The notes under the pieces were generated by a model. The model ran no database searches. It was not told where the DNA came from and saw nothing but the letters and a program-made list of their open reading frames with translations. DNA of 64,000 bases from Terriglobia bacterium (GTDB lineage: Bacteria; Acidobacteriota; Terriglobia; 20CM-2-55-15), in the NCBI GenBank assembly GCA_963664115.2, contig CAXWPJ010000009.1, positions 736,001-800,000 of the forward strand. Reading direction: 5' to 3'. The position numbers and the translations under genes were made by a program. Of this stretch, positions 18,547 through 30,585 are shown one piece after another. The stretch's first letter is position 1. Each line of letters starts with the position of its first letter.

Positions 18547-19922
18547 TACGAACTGCGCCTCCCCCGAACACGGCCCTTCTTCAGAAAACCGTCATAGTGA
18601 CGCATGATGAGCTGGGATTCGATTTGCTGCACTGTATCCATCGCCACGCCAACAACGATCAACAATGAGGTGCCCCCAAAGTAAAACGTCACCTGAAGAC
18701 CTTGCGTAACAAACTGCGGCAGCGCCGAGTCCAGGCCTGGCCCCACGAACGGTATATTCTGCACGTGGAAACCGGTCATCATGAACTCGGGAAGGATTGA
18801 AACCAGAGACAGGTACAAGGCCCCTACCAGGGTCAATCGGGTCAAAATTGTGTTCAAATATTCAGCCGTGCGCCTGCCCGGACGGATGCCCGGGATAAAA
18901 CCCCCGTACTTGCGCATGTTGTCCGCCACTTCGTTGGGATTGAAGATGATGGACGTGTAGAAGTAACAGAAGAAGATAATCGCGGATACGAAGAAAAGAT
19001 TGTATAGAGGCTCACCGAAGGTCAGCGCACTGCTGACTCCCTGCAGAAACCTGTTTTCACTCATCACCAGACCAAAGGTTTGCGGGAACGTCAGGATCGA
19101 AGACGCGAAGATAACCGGAATCACTCCGCCGGTGTTGACCTTCAGGGGCAGGTGCGTCGATTGCCCGCCCATCACGCGCCGCCCGACAACTCGCTTCGCA
19201 TACTGAACCGAGATCCTGCGTTGACCTCGCTCCACCATCACGATGAAAGCTACGACAGAAACCATCAAACCCAGGAGAAGGATCAGCGTCAATACCGACC
19301 ACTCGTTAGTACTCAACTTGTCGAAGATCTCACTGATGGCGCTGGGCAACCCGACAATAATGCCCGCGAAGATAATCAGCGACATCCCATTTCCGATTCC
19401 TCGTTCCGAGATCTGCTCGCCAAGCCACATGATGAAGGCCGTGCCGGTGGTCAATGTGAGCATCGTCATGAGAACGAAGGTGAGTCCCGGATTGATGACG
19501 AATTGCCCGTCGCGCTGTAGTGCGTATGCAATACCGCCGGACTGAACCGCGGCTAACACGATCGTGAGGTATCGGGTATAGGTTGTGATCTTGCGTCGCC
19601 CCAGCTCACCTTCTTTTTTTAATTTCTCCAGGTAGGGCCAAACCACCGTCAGCAACTGTAAGATGATCGACGAGGTGATGTAGGGCATGATCCCTAGAGC
19701 GAAGATCGTCATACGACTGAAATTGCCCCCGGAAAAGAGATCAAAAAATCCCAGTACGGTACCCGAAGCGGTCTCGGCAAAGAAGACCTCGAGGGCGGCA
19801 AAATCGACTCCCGGCGTCGGGATAAAAGCGCCGATACGGTAGACGGCCAACATGCTCAGCATGAAGAGAACCCGTCTACGCAGATCCGGAACGTTAAAAA
19901 CATTTTGTATAGCGTCGATCAA
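18546..19922 (-). CDS. secY: Preprotein translocase SecY
   Basis: [15 protein letters not shown]; [14 protein letters not shown]; [11 protein letters not shown]. Confidence 0.98.
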   Translation of the reverse strand: MIDAIQNVFNVPDLRRRVLFMLSMLAVYRIGAFIPTPGVDFAALEVFFAETASGTVLGFFDLFSGGNFSRMTIFALGIMPYITSSIILQLLTVVWPYLEKLKKEGELGRRKITTYTRYLTIVLAAVQSGGIAYALQRDGQFVINPGLTFVLMTMLTLTTGTAFIMWLGEQISERGIGNGMSLIIFAGIIVGLPSAISEIFDKLSTNEWSVLTLILLLGLMVSVVAFIVMVERGQRRISVQYAKRVVGRRVMGGQSTHLPLKVNTGGVIPVIFASSILTFPQTFGLVMSENRFLQGVSSALTFGEPLYNLFFVSAIIFFCYFYTSIIFNPNEVADNMRKYGGFIPGIRPGRRTAEYLNTILTRLTLVGALYLSLVSILPEFMMTGFHVQNIPFVGPGLDSALPQFVTQGLQVTFYFGGTSLLIVVGVAMDTVQQIESQLIMRHYDGFLKKGRVRGRRSS

Positions 19923-20383
19923 CGGGCTACGACCTCGCAGGTTCCACCGGCAGTCGTAATTTTTTCTTCGGCGCCTTTCGTGAAGTGCTGCGCTATAAGA
20001 TGCAACGGGCGTTCAATGGCGCCTCCGCCCAGGACTCGAAGACCATCCTTTCCCAGCTTACGTACGATACCTGCGGCGACAAGCTCATCTGCACCTATCT
20101 TGGCTCCGGCTTCGACGTCGCCCAAGCGGATCAAATCGCCGACATTTACGGTCGAATGTTGCTTCTTGAAAATGGCATTTGTGAAACCACGCTTAGGTAG
20201 CCGCCGATGCAAGGGCATCTGGCCGCCCTCAAATCCACGCTTCGAATGGTATCCCGACCGCGAGCGCTGACCCTTATGGCCCCGGCCCGCTGTCTTGCCG
20301 GTGCCCGAGCCCATGCCCCGGCCAATCCTCTTTCTCTGGCGTGTGGCGCCGGGATTCGGCTTTAGGTCGTTAATTCCACTCAT
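19919..20383 (-). CDS. rplO: 50S ribosomal protein L15
   Basis: [29 protein letters not shown]. Confidence 0.98.
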   Translation of the reverse strand: MSGINDLKPNPGATRQRKRIGRGMGSGTGKTAGRGHKGQRSRSGYHSKRGFEGGQMPLHRRLPKRGFTNAIFKKQHSTVNVGDLIRLGDVEAGAKIGADELVAAGIVRKLGKDGLRVLGGGAIERPLHLIAQHFTKGAEEKITTAGGTCEVVAR

Positions 20384-20403
20384 TCTTCCGTCCTTAACAC
20401 TGC

Positions 20404-20601
20404 CTAGTCGACGACGCGGACCAGATGCGGCACCTTGGCAATCATTCCCCGCACGTCGGGCGTGTCCTTAAGTTCGCGAACCGCGTTCAAACGCCGTAAT
20501 CCAAGCCCCTTGACGACACGCTTTTGATCCCTGCTGAATCCGATAACGCTCCGATAATACTGAACCTTCAACATTGACGACTTTTTCTTCCGGCCAGCCA
20601 T
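20404..20601 (-). CDS. rpmD: 50S ribosomal protein L30
   Basis: [21 protein letters not shown]. Confidence 0.95.
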   Translation of the reverse strand: MAGRKKKSSMLKVQYYRSVIGFSRDQKRVVKGLGLRRLNAVRELKDTPDVRGMIAKVPHLVRVVD

Positions 20602-21179
20602 TATCCGGTCAACTCCTCAACGGCCTTGCCCCGCAAACGGGCAACGTCCTTAGGGTTTTTCAACGACTTCAATCCCTCAAAGGTAGCTTTGACAACGTTG
20701 TGAGGGTTCGCCGTTCCGATCGACTTCGTGAGAATGTTGCTGATGCCGGCTGCCTGCACGACGGCACGCACAGCGCCTCCCGCGATCACACCCGTTCCTT
20801 CCGCCGCCGGTTTCAGCAGAACGCGACCGGCACCAAAGACACCAACGACCCGGTGGGGTGTCGTGTTATTGATGATCGGCACGCTGATCAAATTTCGTTT
20901 GGCGATCTCAATACCTTTGCGTATGGCAGCGGGCACTTCTTTGGCCTTACCGTTGCCGTACCCGACGCGGCCTTTTTCATCGCCGACAACGACCAGCGCG
21001 CTGAAACTCAGATTCTTGCCGCCCTTGACAACCTTGGTGACACGATTGATGGAAACAACCGTATCCGTAAACCCGTCGCCTAGTTCGTCTCTGGGATTCC
21101 TTGATCTCGGATTTCCTGATCTGGGATTTCCTGATCTGGGATTTCCCCCTCCCGGATTCATATTTCTCTGATTTGCCAC
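20601..21179 (-). CDS. rpsE: 30S ribosomal protein S5
   Basis: [24 protein letters not shown]. Confidence 0.98.
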   Translation of the reverse strand: MANQRNMNPGGGNPRSGNPRSGNPRSRNPRDELGDGFTDTVVSINRVTKVVKGGKNLSFSALVVVGDEKGRVGYGNGKAKEVPAAIRKGIEIAKRNLISVPIINNTTPHRVVGVFGAGRVLLKPAAEGTGVIAGGAVRAVVQAAGISNILTKSIGTANPHNVVKATFEGLKSLKNPKDVARLRGKAVEELTG

Positions 21180-21190
21180 CGATGCTCCTC

Positions 21191-21559
21191 TTAGAATTTC
21201 AATCCCGCTTCGCGAGCCGACTCCGCGAGCGCTTGAACCCGCCCGTGATAAATGTATCCGCCACGATCAAAAACGACGCCATCCACGCCTTTGCCTTTTG
21301 CCCGTTCCGCGATTAAACGTCCAACCGCCTTGGCAGCCTGTACATTGCCGCCGTTTGACAAGTCCTTTTTGGCTTCAGCTTCGTTTGATGCGGCAGAAGC
21401 GAGTGTCACCCCACTCCCATCATCAATCAACTGGGCATAGATGTTCTTGTTGCTCCGGAAAACAGCAAGGCGCGGTCGTCGGCCCGATCCAGCGATTTTC
21501 TTCCGGATCCGGCTATGGACGCGGCTTCGAAAATCGTAACGTGATACCAATCGTGCCAT
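21191..21559 (-). CDS. rplR: 50S ribosomal protein L18
   Basis: [28 protein letters not shown]. Confidence 0.98.
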   Translation of the reverse strand: MARLVSRYDFRSRVHSRIRKKIAGSGRRPRLAVFRSNKNIYAQLIDDGSGVTLASAASNEAEAKKDLSNGGNVQAAKAVGRLIAERAKGKGVDGVVFDRGGYIYHGRVQALAESAREAGLKF

Positions 21560-22107
21560 TAAGCTGCAGCGCCTCCAGCGGTCTTGCCGGCCTTCTTCTT
21601 CAAAACCTCGCCAACGTAACGAATCCCTTTATTCTTGTACGGATCCGGCTTTCTCAAACTGCGAATAACCGCAGCCACCTGGCCAACTTGCTGCCGGTCT
21701 ACACCGGAAACCGTCAATCGGGTCTGCTTCTCTACCTTGACCTCGATACCCTCGGGAATCGGATATTCAATCGGATGAGAGAAACCGAGACTGAAGATCA
21801 CGGACTGACCTTTCGTTTCGGCTCTGAATCCTATGCCAACGATATCCAGTTCCTTGGTAAAACCCTGGAAAACTCCCTGAACGGCATTGGCGGCCAGCGC
21901 GCGCGCCAGACCATGAAAAGCCCGCTGCGGCCCCGTATCATCACTCCGCGAAAATACCAGTTCGTTGTCGTTCTGCTTACAAGCGATTCCCTGTGGAATG
22001 GGAGAGGTCGTGCTACCCTTCGGTCCCGACACCTGAATCTCGCTTGTTCCGATCTGAACCTTGACCTTCTCAGGGATGGGAATGGGATGTTTTCCTATTC
22101 GTGACAT
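21559..22107 (-). CDS. rplF: 50S ribosomal protein L6
   Basis: [20 protein letters not shown]. Confidence 0.98.
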   Translation of the reverse strand: MSRIGKHPIPIPEKVKVQIGTSEIQVSGPKGSTTSPIPQGIACKQNDNELVFSRSDDTGPQRAFHGLARALAANAVQGVFQGFTKELDIVGIGFRAETKGQSVIFSLGFSHPIEYPIPEGIEVKVEKQTRLTVSGVDRQQVGQVAAVIRSLRKPDPYKNKGIRYVGEVLKKKAGKTAGGAAA

Positions 22108-22117
22108 AACTTAATGT

Positions 22118-22510
22118 TCAATAAACATCGCAAAGGACTTCTCCGCCGAATCCTTTTTTTCGAGCAACCTGGCCCGTCATTACGCCGCTGGAAGTGCTGA
22201 GAATGTTGATTCCTAGGCCCCCAAGCACCCTCGGAATGTCCCTGTTGCTCACATAGACTCGGCAGCCCGACCGACTGACCCGCTTGAGTGACGTAATCAC
22301 ATCCTCGCCCTTGGAGCCGTATTTCAGAGTCACCGTCAGGGCAAGCTTGCCCTCAACTTCAGCACATTTGTAAGTGGTGACATATCCCTCTGCCTTCAGT
22401 ATCCGCGCGATTTCGACCTTGAGATTCGAGGCTGGGATCAGCACTCTCTCGTGTCGCGCCTGCAATCCGTTGCGGAGTCGGGTCAACATGTCTGCAATTG
22501 GATCAGTCAT
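22118..22510 (-). CDS. rpsH: 30S ribosomal protein S8
   Basis: MTDPIADMLTRLRN. Confidence 0.98.
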   Translation of the reverse strand: MTDPIADMLTRLRNGLQARHERVLIPASNLKVEIARILKAEGYVTTYKCAEVEGKLALTVTLKYGSKGEDVITSLKRVSRSGCRVYVSNRDIPRVLGGLGINILSTSSGVMTGQVARKKGFGGEVLCDVY

Positions 22511-22522
22511 TTTCTTTCACCC

Positions 22523-22708
22523 TCACCAACTTGACTTCACCACTCCGGGAATCTCGCCTGCTAGAGAAAGACTCCGGAAACAAATCCGACAGAGCTGAAA
22601 CTTGCGCATAAAACCTCGAGGACGCCCGCACCTCTTGCACCGATTCCGGTAACGGACAGTAAATTTCTTCTTCTTAGCTTCCTTGGCCACTGATGACGTA
22701 CGTGCCAT
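22523..22708 (-). CDS. rpsN: 30S ribosomal protein S14 (type Z)
   Basis: [17 protein letters not shown]. Confidence 0.97.
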   Translation of the reverse strand: MARTSSVAKEAKKKKFTVRYRNRCKRCGRPRGFMRKFQLCRICFRSLSLAGEIPGVVKSSW

Positions 22709-22716
22709 TCAATCTC

Positions 22717-23259
22717 CTACTGTTGACGAAACGGCATTCCCAGCAAACGGAGTAATTCCCGTCCCTCATCGTCGGTTTTAGCCGTAGTAACGAGTGTCAC
22801 GTTCATGCCCTTGATCTTGTCGACCTTGGAATAGTCGACCTCCGGAAATATCAACTGATCCTGCAATCCCAGCGTGTAATTACCTCTACCATCGAAAGAA
22901 CGCGTCGGTATACCCCGAAAGTCACGCACACGAGGCAGCGCCAGGCTTATGAGACGATCGACGAACTCATACATCCGCTCTCCCCTCAACGTCACGGCCG
23001 CACCGATGGGCATCTTTTCGCGCAATTTGAAATTGGCGATCGACTTCTTCGCATGCGTAATGATCGGACGCTGACCTGTAATCGTTCCGAGCTCATCGAC
23101 TGCCGAATCGAGAATCTTACTGTTTTGAATCGCCTCGCCGAGCCCCATGTTTACGACAATCTTCTCCAGGCGAGGCACGGCCATAACGTTTGCGTATTTG
23201 AAATGCTTGATCAGAGCGGGAACGACTTCGCTTTTATATTGTTCTCTCAGTCTTGACAA
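22717..23259 (-). CDS. rplE: 50S ribosomal protein L5
   Basis: [23 protein letters not shown]; TTG start inferred. Confidence 0.97.
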   Translation of the reverse strand: MSRLREQYKSEVVPALIKHFKYANVMAVPRLEKIVVNMGLGEAIQNSKILDSAVDELGTITGQRPIITHAKKSIANFKLREKMPIGAAVTLRGERMYEFVDRLISLALPRVRDFRGIPTRSFDGRGNYTLGLQDQLIFPEVDYSKVDKIKGMNVTLVTTAKTDDEGRELLRLLGMPFRQQ

Positions 23260-23273
23260 GTTCGTACTCCCGC

Positions 23274-23603
23274 CTAACCCAATGCGTTTCCGCACTTCTT
23301 ACACGTTCGCTCCCGCCGTCCGTCCGCAAGCACAGTCATACCAATGCGGGTACGCTCCTTGCAGTTCTTGCAAACAAATGCGACGTTCGATATATGAATT
23401 GAGGCTTCCTTCTCGACGATGCCACCTTTGATGTTCTTCTGAGGGTTGGGTCGTGTGTGACGCTTGATCATTTGCACGCCCTCGACAACAATCCGCTGCT
23501 TCTGCGGAATGACAATCAGCACCCGGCCGGTCTTCCCGCGGTCCTTACCCCGAAGAACATAAACTTCGTCGTTTTTTCTAATCGGAGTAATCCCCGGCAT
23601 CAA
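23274..23603 (-). CDS. rplX: 50S ribosomal protein L24
   Basis: [19 protein letters not shown]. Confidence 0.97.
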   Translation of the reverse strand: MMPGITPIRKNDEVYVLRGKDRGKTGRVLIVIPQKQRIVVEGVQMIKRHTRPNPQKNIKGGIVEKEASIHISNVAFVCKNCKERTRIGMTVLADGRRERTCKKCGNALG

Positions 23604-23971
23604 ATTACCTCCGGAGCCAGTGAAACAATCTTCATAAATTGCTTCTCACGAAGCTCCCGGGCCACTGGCCCGAAAACACGGGTACCGATGGGCTCGCGCT
23701 GCTCGTCTATCAACACGGCAGCGTTCTGATCAAATCTGATATGAGTACCGTCCTTCCGGCGATGCTCTTTACACGTCCGCACAATCACTGCCTTCACCAC
23801 AGTGCCCTTCTTGACGTTGCTTGCCGGGCTGGCCTCTTTCACCGACGCGGTTATGATGTCCCCCAAGCCCGCATGCCTTCCTACCGAACCACCCAACGGC
23901 AATATGCAGGCGATTTTTTTCGCGCCTGAATTGTCAGCCACCTCAAGGACGGTTCTCATTTGAATGCTCAT
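23600..23971 (-). CDS. rplN: 50S ribosomal protein L14
   Basis: [21 protein letters not shown]. Confidence 0.98.
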   Translation of the reverse strand: MSIQMRTVLEVADNSGAKKIACILPLGGSVGRHAGLGDIITASVKEASPASNVKKGTVVKAVIVRTCKEHRRKDGTHIRFDQNAAVLIDEQREPIGTRVFGPVARELREKQFMKIVSLAPEVI

Positions 23972-23986
23972 AGCAATTACCTTGCG

Positions 23987-24286
23987 CTACACGCCCCGAG
24001 AGGACGAGGGCTGCACGATCTCCCGAAGGCGCCAACGTTTGTGCTTGCTCACCGGCCGTGTCTCAACGATCCGCACCACGTCGCCGGTGTGAGCCTTACC
24101 TTCCTCGTCATGGACAAGGAACTTGGACCGGCGGGCAATGATTCGCTTATACAGCGGATGCTGCACACGCCGACTTACCTCGACCACGATGGTTTTCTGC
24201 ATCTTGGTCCGCGTAACGACACCGACTTTTTCCTGCCGATGGCGGACCCTGCCGGTCTCTTTCGATTGACTTGTTTCCTCTACCAT
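23987..24286 (-). CDS. rpsQ: 30S ribosomal protein S17
   Basis: KMQKTIVV..HPLYKR..ETRPVSKHKRW. Confidence 0.97.
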   Translation of the reverse strand: MVEETSQSKETGRVRHRQEKVGVVTRTKMQKTIVVEVSRRVQHPLYKRIIARRSKFLVHDEEGKAHTGDVVRIVETRPVSKHKRWRLREIVQPSSSRGV

Positions 24287-24342
24287 TTCCTAGCCATGTT
24301 TAGTCAATGCCCCAAAATAGTGCACTCTTACGCCTGCCTGGA

Positions 24343-24561
24343 TTAATCGCCCTTCTGTTCCTCCACCCGATTCTCCCGAAGCAAAGTCAGCACGCGCGCC
24401 CGGTCCCGGCGGAGTTCCCGCATCTTCTTGAGCGCCTCGGCTTGCCCCATCGTAAACTGGAATCGGAGCCGAAAAGATTCTTCCGACATTTCTTCCTTCC
24501 GGTCAGTGAGCTCTTCGACGGAAAGGTCCTTCAATTTATTGAGACGATCCGTCGACTTCAT
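24343..24561 (-). CDS. rpmC: 50S ribosomal protein L29
   Basis: [17 protein letters not shown]; position in S10 operon. Confidence 0.93.
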   Translation of the reverse strand: MKSTDRLNKLKDLSVEELTDRKEEMSEESFRLRFQFTMGQAEALKKMRELRRDRARVLTLLRENRVEEQKGD

Positions 24562-24992
24562 GAGGATGTCTCCTCTGTAGTACGTTCCATGCGCGCGACA
24601 AATTTCGTCCGAACCGGGAGCTTTTGCGCGGCCAGGCGCATGGCCTCGCGCGCCACTGATTCGGGTACGCCCTCCATCTCATACAGAATTCGACCGGGCT
24701 TTACAGGCGCCACCCAGTATTCGGGTGCGCCTTTCCCCTTGCCCATCCGTGTTTCCGCGGGTTTTTTTGTCACAGGCTTGTCCGGAAATATTCGGATCCA
24801 CACCTTTCCTCCACGCTTTACCGAACGCGTCATCGCAACCCGTGCTGCTTCGATCTGACGATCTGTGAGCCACGCCGCATCCAGCGTTTTCAGTCCGTAG
24901 TCTCCGAATTCCAAGCTCGACCCGCGCCAGGCCTTGCCCTTCATCCGACCGCGCTGTTGCTTGCGGTGCTTGACTTTTTTCGGCATCAACAT
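24558..24992 (-). CDS. rplP: 50S ribosomal protein L16
   Basis: [22 protein letters not shown]. Confidence 0.98.
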   Translation of the reverse strand: MLMPKKVKHRKQQRGRMKGKAWRGSSLEFGDYGLKTLDAAWLTDRQIEAARVAMTRSVKRGGKVWIRIFPDKPVTKKPAETRMGKGKGAPEYWVAPVKPGRILYEMEGVPESVAREAMRLAAQKLPVRTKFVARMERTTEETSS

Positions 24993-25020
24993 ACGAACAA
25001 TTCCTCAAACAAGCTCAATT

Positions 25021-25680
25021 CTAAAGCTCAACAGGACCCGGTTTCGTCGACACTTTCGACAGGATATCTCCCTTGTACGTCCAACACTTCACGCCGATTA
25101 CGCCGTAAGTGGTATAGGACTCTGCAAAACCATAGTCGATGTCCGCGCGGAGCGTGTGCAGCGGAAGCTGGCCCTGCAGATACCATTCCGACCGTGCTAT
25201 TTCCGCGCCATTCAGCCGGCCGCTCACCCGCACCTTGATACCCTTCGCACCGAATCTCAGCGCCGAATCGACGGCCTTACGCATTGCCCTGCGAAACGCA
25301 ATTCGTTTCTCAAGTTGCATCGCGATGGATTCGGCAACTAACTGCGCATCCAATTCGGGCCTGTGGATCTCCTGAATATTGATGTAGACCTCGCGGTTCG
25401 TCTGCTTCTGGATGTCACCCTTGAGCCTGTCGATCTCCGAACCCTTACGGCCGATGATGATGCCGGGACGGGACGTATAGATCGTGATCCGAAGCTTGTT
25501 CGCCATCCTCTCGACTTCAATGCTGCTGACGCCTGCATGGGAGAGCTGCTTCTTCAGCCTCCTCTTTAGATCCAGATCTTCGTGAAGCAGCCTGCCGTAT
25601 TCCTTCGTAGCAAACCACCGCGATCTCCACGGCTTGGTAATCCCGAGCCGAAACCCGTACGGATGTGTCTTTTGACCCAT
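25021..25680 (-). CDS. rpsC: 30S ribosomal protein S3
   Basis: [24 protein letters not shown]. Confidence 0.98.
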   Translation of the reverse strand: MGQKTHPYGFRLGITKPWRSRWFATKEYGRLLHEDLDLKRRLKKQLSHAGVSSIEVERMANKLRITIYTSRPGIIIGRKGSEIDRLKGDIQKQTNREVYINIQEIHRPELDAQLVAESIAMQLEKRIAFRRAMRKAVDSALRFGAKGIKVRVSGRLNGAEIARSEWYLQGQLPLHTLRADIDYGFAESYTTYGVIGVKCWTYKGDILSKVSTKPGPVEL

Positions 25681-25765
25681 TAACCCCTCGTTTCGCAGTG
25701 ACGAGTGAAGAGTGACAGGGGCAGGGACGGCCCTCGCGCATCACGCGTCACTGGCCATTTGTCAC

Positions 25766-26104
25766 TCATTCCTTTTCCCCCAACTCAATCGTGATATGGC
25801 TCATCCTTCTCTGGTAGCGAAAAGCCCGTCCCATCGGAGCCGGACGGATGCGTTTCAGCCGCGGCCCTTCATTAATGTAAGCCTTTTCGATGAACAGCTT
25901 ATCGACATCAATCGTTTCTGACTGCTCTGTCGCATTGGCCACCGCGGAGCGAACAACCTTTTCAATCGGCTCCGTGGCACGCTTATTCGTGAACTGCAAC
26001 GTCATAAAAGCATCGTTCACATTTTTGCCGCGGATAAGGTCCACCACCAGACGGACTTTCTGAGGCGACATGCGTATGAACCGTGCTGTAGCTTTTGAAA
26101 TCAT
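25766..26104 (-). CDS. rplV: 50S ribosomal protein L22
   Basis: SPQKVRLVVDLIRG..SAVANA. Confidence 0.97.
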   Translation of the reverse strand: MISKATARFIRMSPQKVRLVVDLIRGKNVNDAFMTLQFTNKRATEPIEKVVRSAVANATEQSETIDVDKLFIEKAYINEGPRLKRIRPAPMGRAFRYQRRMSHITIELGEKE

Positions 26105-26245
26105 GCTTTCTTCTGTGAGTGCGCTGGTGGCTATCAGGAGCCGGCGCCTGTTAGCAATTCCCAGCGTGGGGCTCACCGCCCATCGATGGTTTCCCCATGC
26201 ACAAACGCACATCCCAATAATGTGCGGTCGTAGACCTCAGCTTCA

Positions 26246-26527
26246 CTATCGTGGCGTCACTGCCTTGCCGCCGGCCGAATGCCCACGGAACGTCCGAGTC
26301 GGGGCGAATTCCCCGAACTTATGGCCAACCATATTTTCTGTGACGTAAACCGGTATGAATTTCTTCCCGTTGTGTACGGCAATTGTATGGCCCACCATCT
26401 CGGGTGTCACAGTTGAGCGCCTGGACCAGGTCTTGTGCACCTTTTTTTCGTTCCGGGCATTCATTCCCGCAATCACCTTCTCCAGATGATCGTCGATAAA
26501 GTAGCCCTTCTTGACCGATCGTCCCAT
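26246..26527 (-). CDS. rpsS: 30S ribosomal protein S19
   Basis: [20 protein letters not shown]. Confidence 0.98.
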   Translation of the reverse strand: MGRSVKKGYFIDDHLEKVIAGMNARNEKKVHKTWSRRSTVTPEMVGHTIAVHNGKKFIPVYVTENMVGHKFGEFAPTRTFRGHSAGGKAVTPR

Positions 26528-26532
26528 AAAAC

Positions 26533-27354
26533 CTACTTCTTCCTCTTGACGATAAACTTGTCGGTCCGCTTGTTGTTGCGTGTCCGATAACCCAAGGTCG
26601 GTTTGCCCCAGGGCGTCATGGGATTATTACCCTTGACGCGTCCTTCTCCACCCCCATGGGGATGGTCCACCGGGTTCATGACCACGCCTCGCACGGTAGG
26701 TCGAACGCCACGGTGTCGCATCCGGCCGGCCTTGCCGAGGCTGATGTTTTCGTGATCCAGGTTGCCCACCTGTCCCACCGTAGCGGTGCAATTGACAGCG
26801 ACGAGTCGGACTTCGCCCGAAGGCAGCTTGATATGCGCGTACTTTCCCTCTTTGGCAACCAGCTGGGCCGAACCACCCGCCGCACGCACCATCTGGGCAC
26901 CCTTTCCGGGACGGAGTTCGATATTGTGGATCGTCGTACCCAAAGGAATGTTCTTAAGCGGCAACGCGTTGCCGACCAGAATATCCGCGTCGGGACCCGA
27001 CACAACCTTCATACCGACTTTGAGCCCAACCGGTTGAAGGATGTATCGCTTTTCACCGTCCACATACGAGAGCAGCGCGATAAAGGCCGACCGATTGGGG
27101 TCGTACTCGATCGTCTCAACACTGGCCGGAACCCCTGCTTTGTCGCGCTTGAAGTCGATCACCCGATACTGCTTCTTGCTTCCGCCGCCTCGGTGCCGGA
27201 TGGTGATATGCCCATAGTTGTTTCGACCGCTGATCCTTTTCTTGGATTCAAGCAGCGGCTTGTGCGGCTTATCCGTAGTGAGCTCCTTCTTGTAATCGAT
27301 CACTTCCTGGAATCGCCGCGACATCGGAGTCGGTTTGAATTTCTTTATTGCCAT
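26533..27354 (-). CDS. rplB: 50S ribosomal protein L2
   Basis: [22 protein letters not shown]. Confidence 0.98.
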   Translation of the reverse strand: MAIKKFKPTPMSRRFQEVIDYKKELTTDKPHKPLLESKKRISGRNNYGHITIRHRGGGSKKQYRVIDFKRDKAGVPASVETIEYDPNRSAFIALLSYVDGEKRYILQPVGLKVGMKVVSGPDADILVGNALPLKNIPLGTTIHNIELRPGKGAQMVRAAGGSAQLVAKEGKYAHIKLPSGEVRLVAVNCTATVGQVGNLDHENISLGKAGRMRHRGVRPTVRGVVMNPVDHPHGGGEGRVKGNNPMTPWGKPTLGYRTRNNKRTDKFIVKRKK

Positions 27355-27387
27355 CTAAGTGTTCCGTCCTAGCCAAACGAACTCGCT

Positions 27388-27681
27388 CTATACTTCGTCC
27401 CCATACTCAATCATTTTTTCGCCCTCGACCAACTTCACATATGCCTTCTTCCAGGACGGTTGGTATCCAACGAAGCGGCCGCGACGACGCATTTTCCCTC
27501 GTACGACCATCGTCCGGACATCCTCGACCTTGACCTTGAAAATCCGTTCCACGGCTTGTCGGATTTCCTGCTTACTGGAGTCCGACTCCACCCTGAAGCA
27601 GAGCGTTCGCTCCTCTTCCTTCAGACCGAGTCCCTTCTCGGTAATTACGGGGCGGCGAATTACGTCGAAGAGCGTAGTCAC
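27388..27681 (-). CDS. rplW: 50S ribosomal protein L23
   Basis: IRRPVITEK..WKKAYVKL. Confidence 0.97.
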   Translation of the reverse strand: MTTLFDVIRRPVITEKGLGLKEEERTLCFRVESDSSKQEIRQAVERIFKVKVEDVRTMVVRGKMRRRGRFVGYQPSWKKAYVKLVEGEKMIEYGDEV

Positions 27682-28304
27682 TTCACCAGAACCTCTTGAA
27701 GGCCTTGGATCGCGGCCTTCGTGAAGATCACGTGCCGAGAGTTCAAAAGCTGATATGGAGTCACTTGAAGGTTTGCGATCAAGCGAACCTCGGAGAGGTT
27801 CCGGGAAGCCATGTGGAGATTCTGATTCTCCTCGTGATCAACTAAGAGCACTTTGCGCTTGAAACCCAATTTGTCGAGTGTCTCTACAAAAGGCTTCGTC
27901 CGATGGCTCCCAAGGCTGAACGCATCGACAACGCTGAGTTCAGAATCCCGAAGCTTCACGGTTAGGGCAGATCGTAACGCCGCACGAAACATTTTTTTCG
28001 GAAGCTCATAGCCGTATTTTCTAGGTTTCGGACCGAACACTATGCCCCCGGCTCGCCACAGCGGGTTCCGCGCCTCTCCGACCCGCGCACGTCCCGAGCC
28101 TTTCTGACGCCAAGGCTTTCGACCGCTACCCCGCACTTCAGCACGCGTCTTGGTGGAATGGGTTCCTGCACGGTGGCTCGCCAGATATTGCCGAACCGCA
28201 TCGTGCATCAAACCCTCGTTGACGGGAGCATCGAATACGACCTCAGAGAGTTCGATCGTCTCGACGACCTTGTTTTCCAGATTCTTAACTTTGATTTTCG
28301 GCAT
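27678..28304 (-). CDS. rplD: 50S ribosomal protein L4
   Basis: GTHSTKTRAEVRGSGRKPWRQKGSGRAR. Confidence 0.98.
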   Translation of the reverse strand: MPKIKVKNLENKVVETIELSEVVFDAPVNEGLMHDAVRQYLASHRAGTHSTKTRAEVRGSGRKPWRQKGSGRARVGEARNPLWRAGGIVFGPKPRKYGYELPKKMFRAALRSALTVKLRDSELSVVDAFSLGSHRTKPFVETLDKLGFKRKVLLVDHEENQNLHMASRNLSEVRLIANLQVTPYQLLNSRHVIFTKAAIQGLQEVLVK

Positions 28305-28305
28305 G

Positions 28306-28932
28306 CTACCCTGCCCGCTGAACCACAACGTATCCGCCGTTGGGTCCCGGTACGGCGCCTCTCACCAAAATCAGGTTCTTTTCTTCGTCCACTCCGTGCA
28401 CGCGCAGCCCGCGGGTCGTCACCCGCGCCGCTCCCATATGACCTGGCATCCGAGTCCCCTTCAACACGCGGGAAGGATAAGCAGACTGTCCGATCGATCC
28501 CGGCGCGCGGTGGAACATGGACCCGTGGGTTGCTCGGCCACCGGAAAAACCGTGACGTTTGATGACTCCAGCGAAACCGCGGCCCTTACTCGTTCCGGTC
28601 ACATGAACCCGATCACTGGATTTAAAGATATCGACCTGTACGCGGTCGCCCGTCTTCACGTCATCGTCACCGCTGAGAGCCACCTCCCGTAAAAAACGTA
28701 CAGGCGGTACGCCTGCTTTCTTGAAATGTCCAGCCATCGGTTTGCCAACACGCTTTTCCTTCACAAATTCCACCAAACCCAACTGCGCAGCTTCGTACCC
28801 ATCACGTGCGACCGTCTTTCGCTGCACGACAACACATGGGCCGACTTCAATGACGGTTACAGGCACAGCCGTCCCATCCTCTTCCAGTACCTGGGTCATG
28901 CCAACTTTCTTGCCTAAGAGTGCGTCTACCAT
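28306..28932 (-). CDS. rplC: 50S ribosomal protein L3
   Basis: [22 protein letters not shown]. Confidence 0.98.
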   Translation of the reverse strand: MVDALLGKKVGMTQVLEEDGTAVPVTVIEVGPCVVVQRKTVARDGYEAAQLGLVEFVKEKRVGKPMAGHFKKAGVPPVRFLREVALSGDDDVKTGDRVQVDIFKSSDRVHVTGTSKGRGFAGVIKRHGFSGGRATHGSMFHRAPGSIGQSAYPSRVLKGTRMPGHMGAARVTTRGLRVHGVDEEKNLILVRGAVPGPNGGYVVVQRAG

Positions 28933-28986
28933 TTTCCTGCTCACGTCGAGGCCACGCCCTTAATTGCCGCGGCCCTTCCAACCGTC

Positions 28987-29316
28987 CTAGGTTCCGTGCT
29001 CTCGTCCAAAAGCCTTGATCTCGACATCAACACCAGCGGGCAGGTCCAACTTCATCAAGGCATCCACCGTTTGGGGTGTCGGCTCGAGAATGTCCAGCAA
29101 CCGTTTGTGAGTCCGGATCTCAAACTGCTCCCGCGACTTCTTATCGACGTGGGGCGAGCGTAAGACGGTGTACTTGTTGATGACCGTTGGGAGGGGAATC
29201 GGACCGGCCACTCGGGCACCGGTACGTTTTGCCGTATCCACGATCTCGCTCGATGATTGATCCAGTATCCTCGAGTCGTAAGCCTTAAGCCGAATGCGAA
29301 TTTTCTCGTTTAACAT
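28987..29316 (-). CDS. rpsJ: 30S ribosomal protein S10
   Basis: [23 protein letters not shown]. Confidence 0.98.
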   Translation of the reverse strand: MLNEKIRIRLKAYDSRILDQSSSEIVDTAKRTGARVAGPIPLPTVINKYTVLRSPHVDKKSREQFEIRTHKRLLDILEPTPQTVDALMKLDLPAGVDVEIKAFGREHGT

Positions 29317-29330
29317 CGTGATGAATATTT

Positions 29331-30521
29331 TCAGTCTTCTGTAATTTCAGTGACGGTACCGGCACCCACTGTGCGGCCGCCTTCCCGGATCGCAAATCGC
29401 AGACCCTTCTCCAGAGCCACCGGCGTGATCAACTCAATCTTCAAACTCACGTTGTCTCCGGGCATCACCATCTCCACCCCTTCCGGTAGCGACGATGACC
29501 CCGTCACGTCTGTGGTCCGAAAATAAAACTGCGGCCGATACCCGTTGAAAAACGGCGTGTGCCGACCGCCCTCGTCCTTTGTCAGCACATACACCTCGGC
29601 ATTGAACTTCGTGTGCGGCAGGATCGACCCCTTCTTCGCCACCACCTGTCCCCGCTCCACTTCGTCCTTCTTCGTCCCCCGCAACAACAACCCCACGTTG
29701 TCGCCGGCCTGCCCCTGATCGAGCAGCTTCTTGAACATTTCCACGCCCGTGATCACCGTCTTGAACGTCGGCGTAAATCCCACGATCTCCAACTCTTCGC
29801 CAACCTTCACGATCCCGCGCTCGACTCGGCCCGTCACCACCGTTCCACGTCCTGATATCGAGAAAATATCCTCGATCGGCATCAAGAACGGCTTGTCCAC
29901 ATCCCGCTCCGGTATCGGTATGTACTCATCCACCTTTGCCATCAACTCTTCGATCTTGGCCACAGCCGCCTCGTCTTCTTCCAGCGCCTTCAGTGCCGAC
30001 ACTCGCACGACCGGCACGTCATCCCCCGGAAATCCATAGGACGTCAACAATTCCCGTACTTCCATCTCCACCAACTCCACCAACTCCTCGTCTTCCACCG
30101 CGTCGCACTTATTCAATGCAACCACCACATAGGGCACGCCCACCTGCCGCGCCAGCAATATGTGCTCCCGCGTCTGCGGCATCGGCCCATCTGTGGCCGC
30201 CACCACCAGGATTGCACCGTCCATCTGCGCTGCTCCCGTGATCATGTTCTTGATATAGTCGGCGTGTCCCGGACAGTCCACGTGCGCGTAGTGCCGATTC
30301 GATGTCTCATACTCCACATGCGCTGTTGCGATCGTGATCCCACGCGCTTTCTCTTCAGGCGCATTGTCGATCGAATCAAACGACCGGTACAACACCTTGT
30401 CATTATTCTTCGCCAACGTCTTCGTTATCGCCGCCGTCAACGTCGTCTTCCCATGATCGATATGTCCGATCGTCCCGACGTTGATGTGCGGCTTGTTTCG
30501 CTCAAATTTCTCTTTCGCCAT
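29331..30521 (-). CDS. tuf: Elongation factor Tu (str operon copy)
   Basis: [21 protein letters not shown]. Confidence 0.99.
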   Translation of the reverse strand: MAKEKFERNKPHINVGTIGHIDHGKTTLTAAITKTLAKNNDKVLYRSFDSIDNAPEEKARGITIATAHVEYETSNRHYAHVDCPGHADYIKNMITGAAQMDGAILVVAATDGPMPQTREHILLARQVGVPYVVVALNKCDAVEDEELVELVEMEVRELLTSYGFPGDDVPVVRVSALKALEEDEAAVAKIEELMAKVDEYIPIPERDVDKPFLMPIEDIFSISGRGTVVTGRVERGIVKVGEELEIVGFTPTFKTVITGVEMFKKLLDQGQAGDNVGLLLRGTKKDEVERGQVVAKKGSILPHTKFNAEVYVLTKDEGGRHTPFFNGYRPQFYFRTTDVTGSSSLPEGVEMVMPGDNVSLKIELITPVALEKGLRFAIREGGRTVGAGTVTEITED

Positions 30522-30585
30522 GGCTTCTCTTCCTCGTCTGGTTTCTCTGTCTTCTGTTCGGGCCGTCTATGACCACCCTGCCTCT

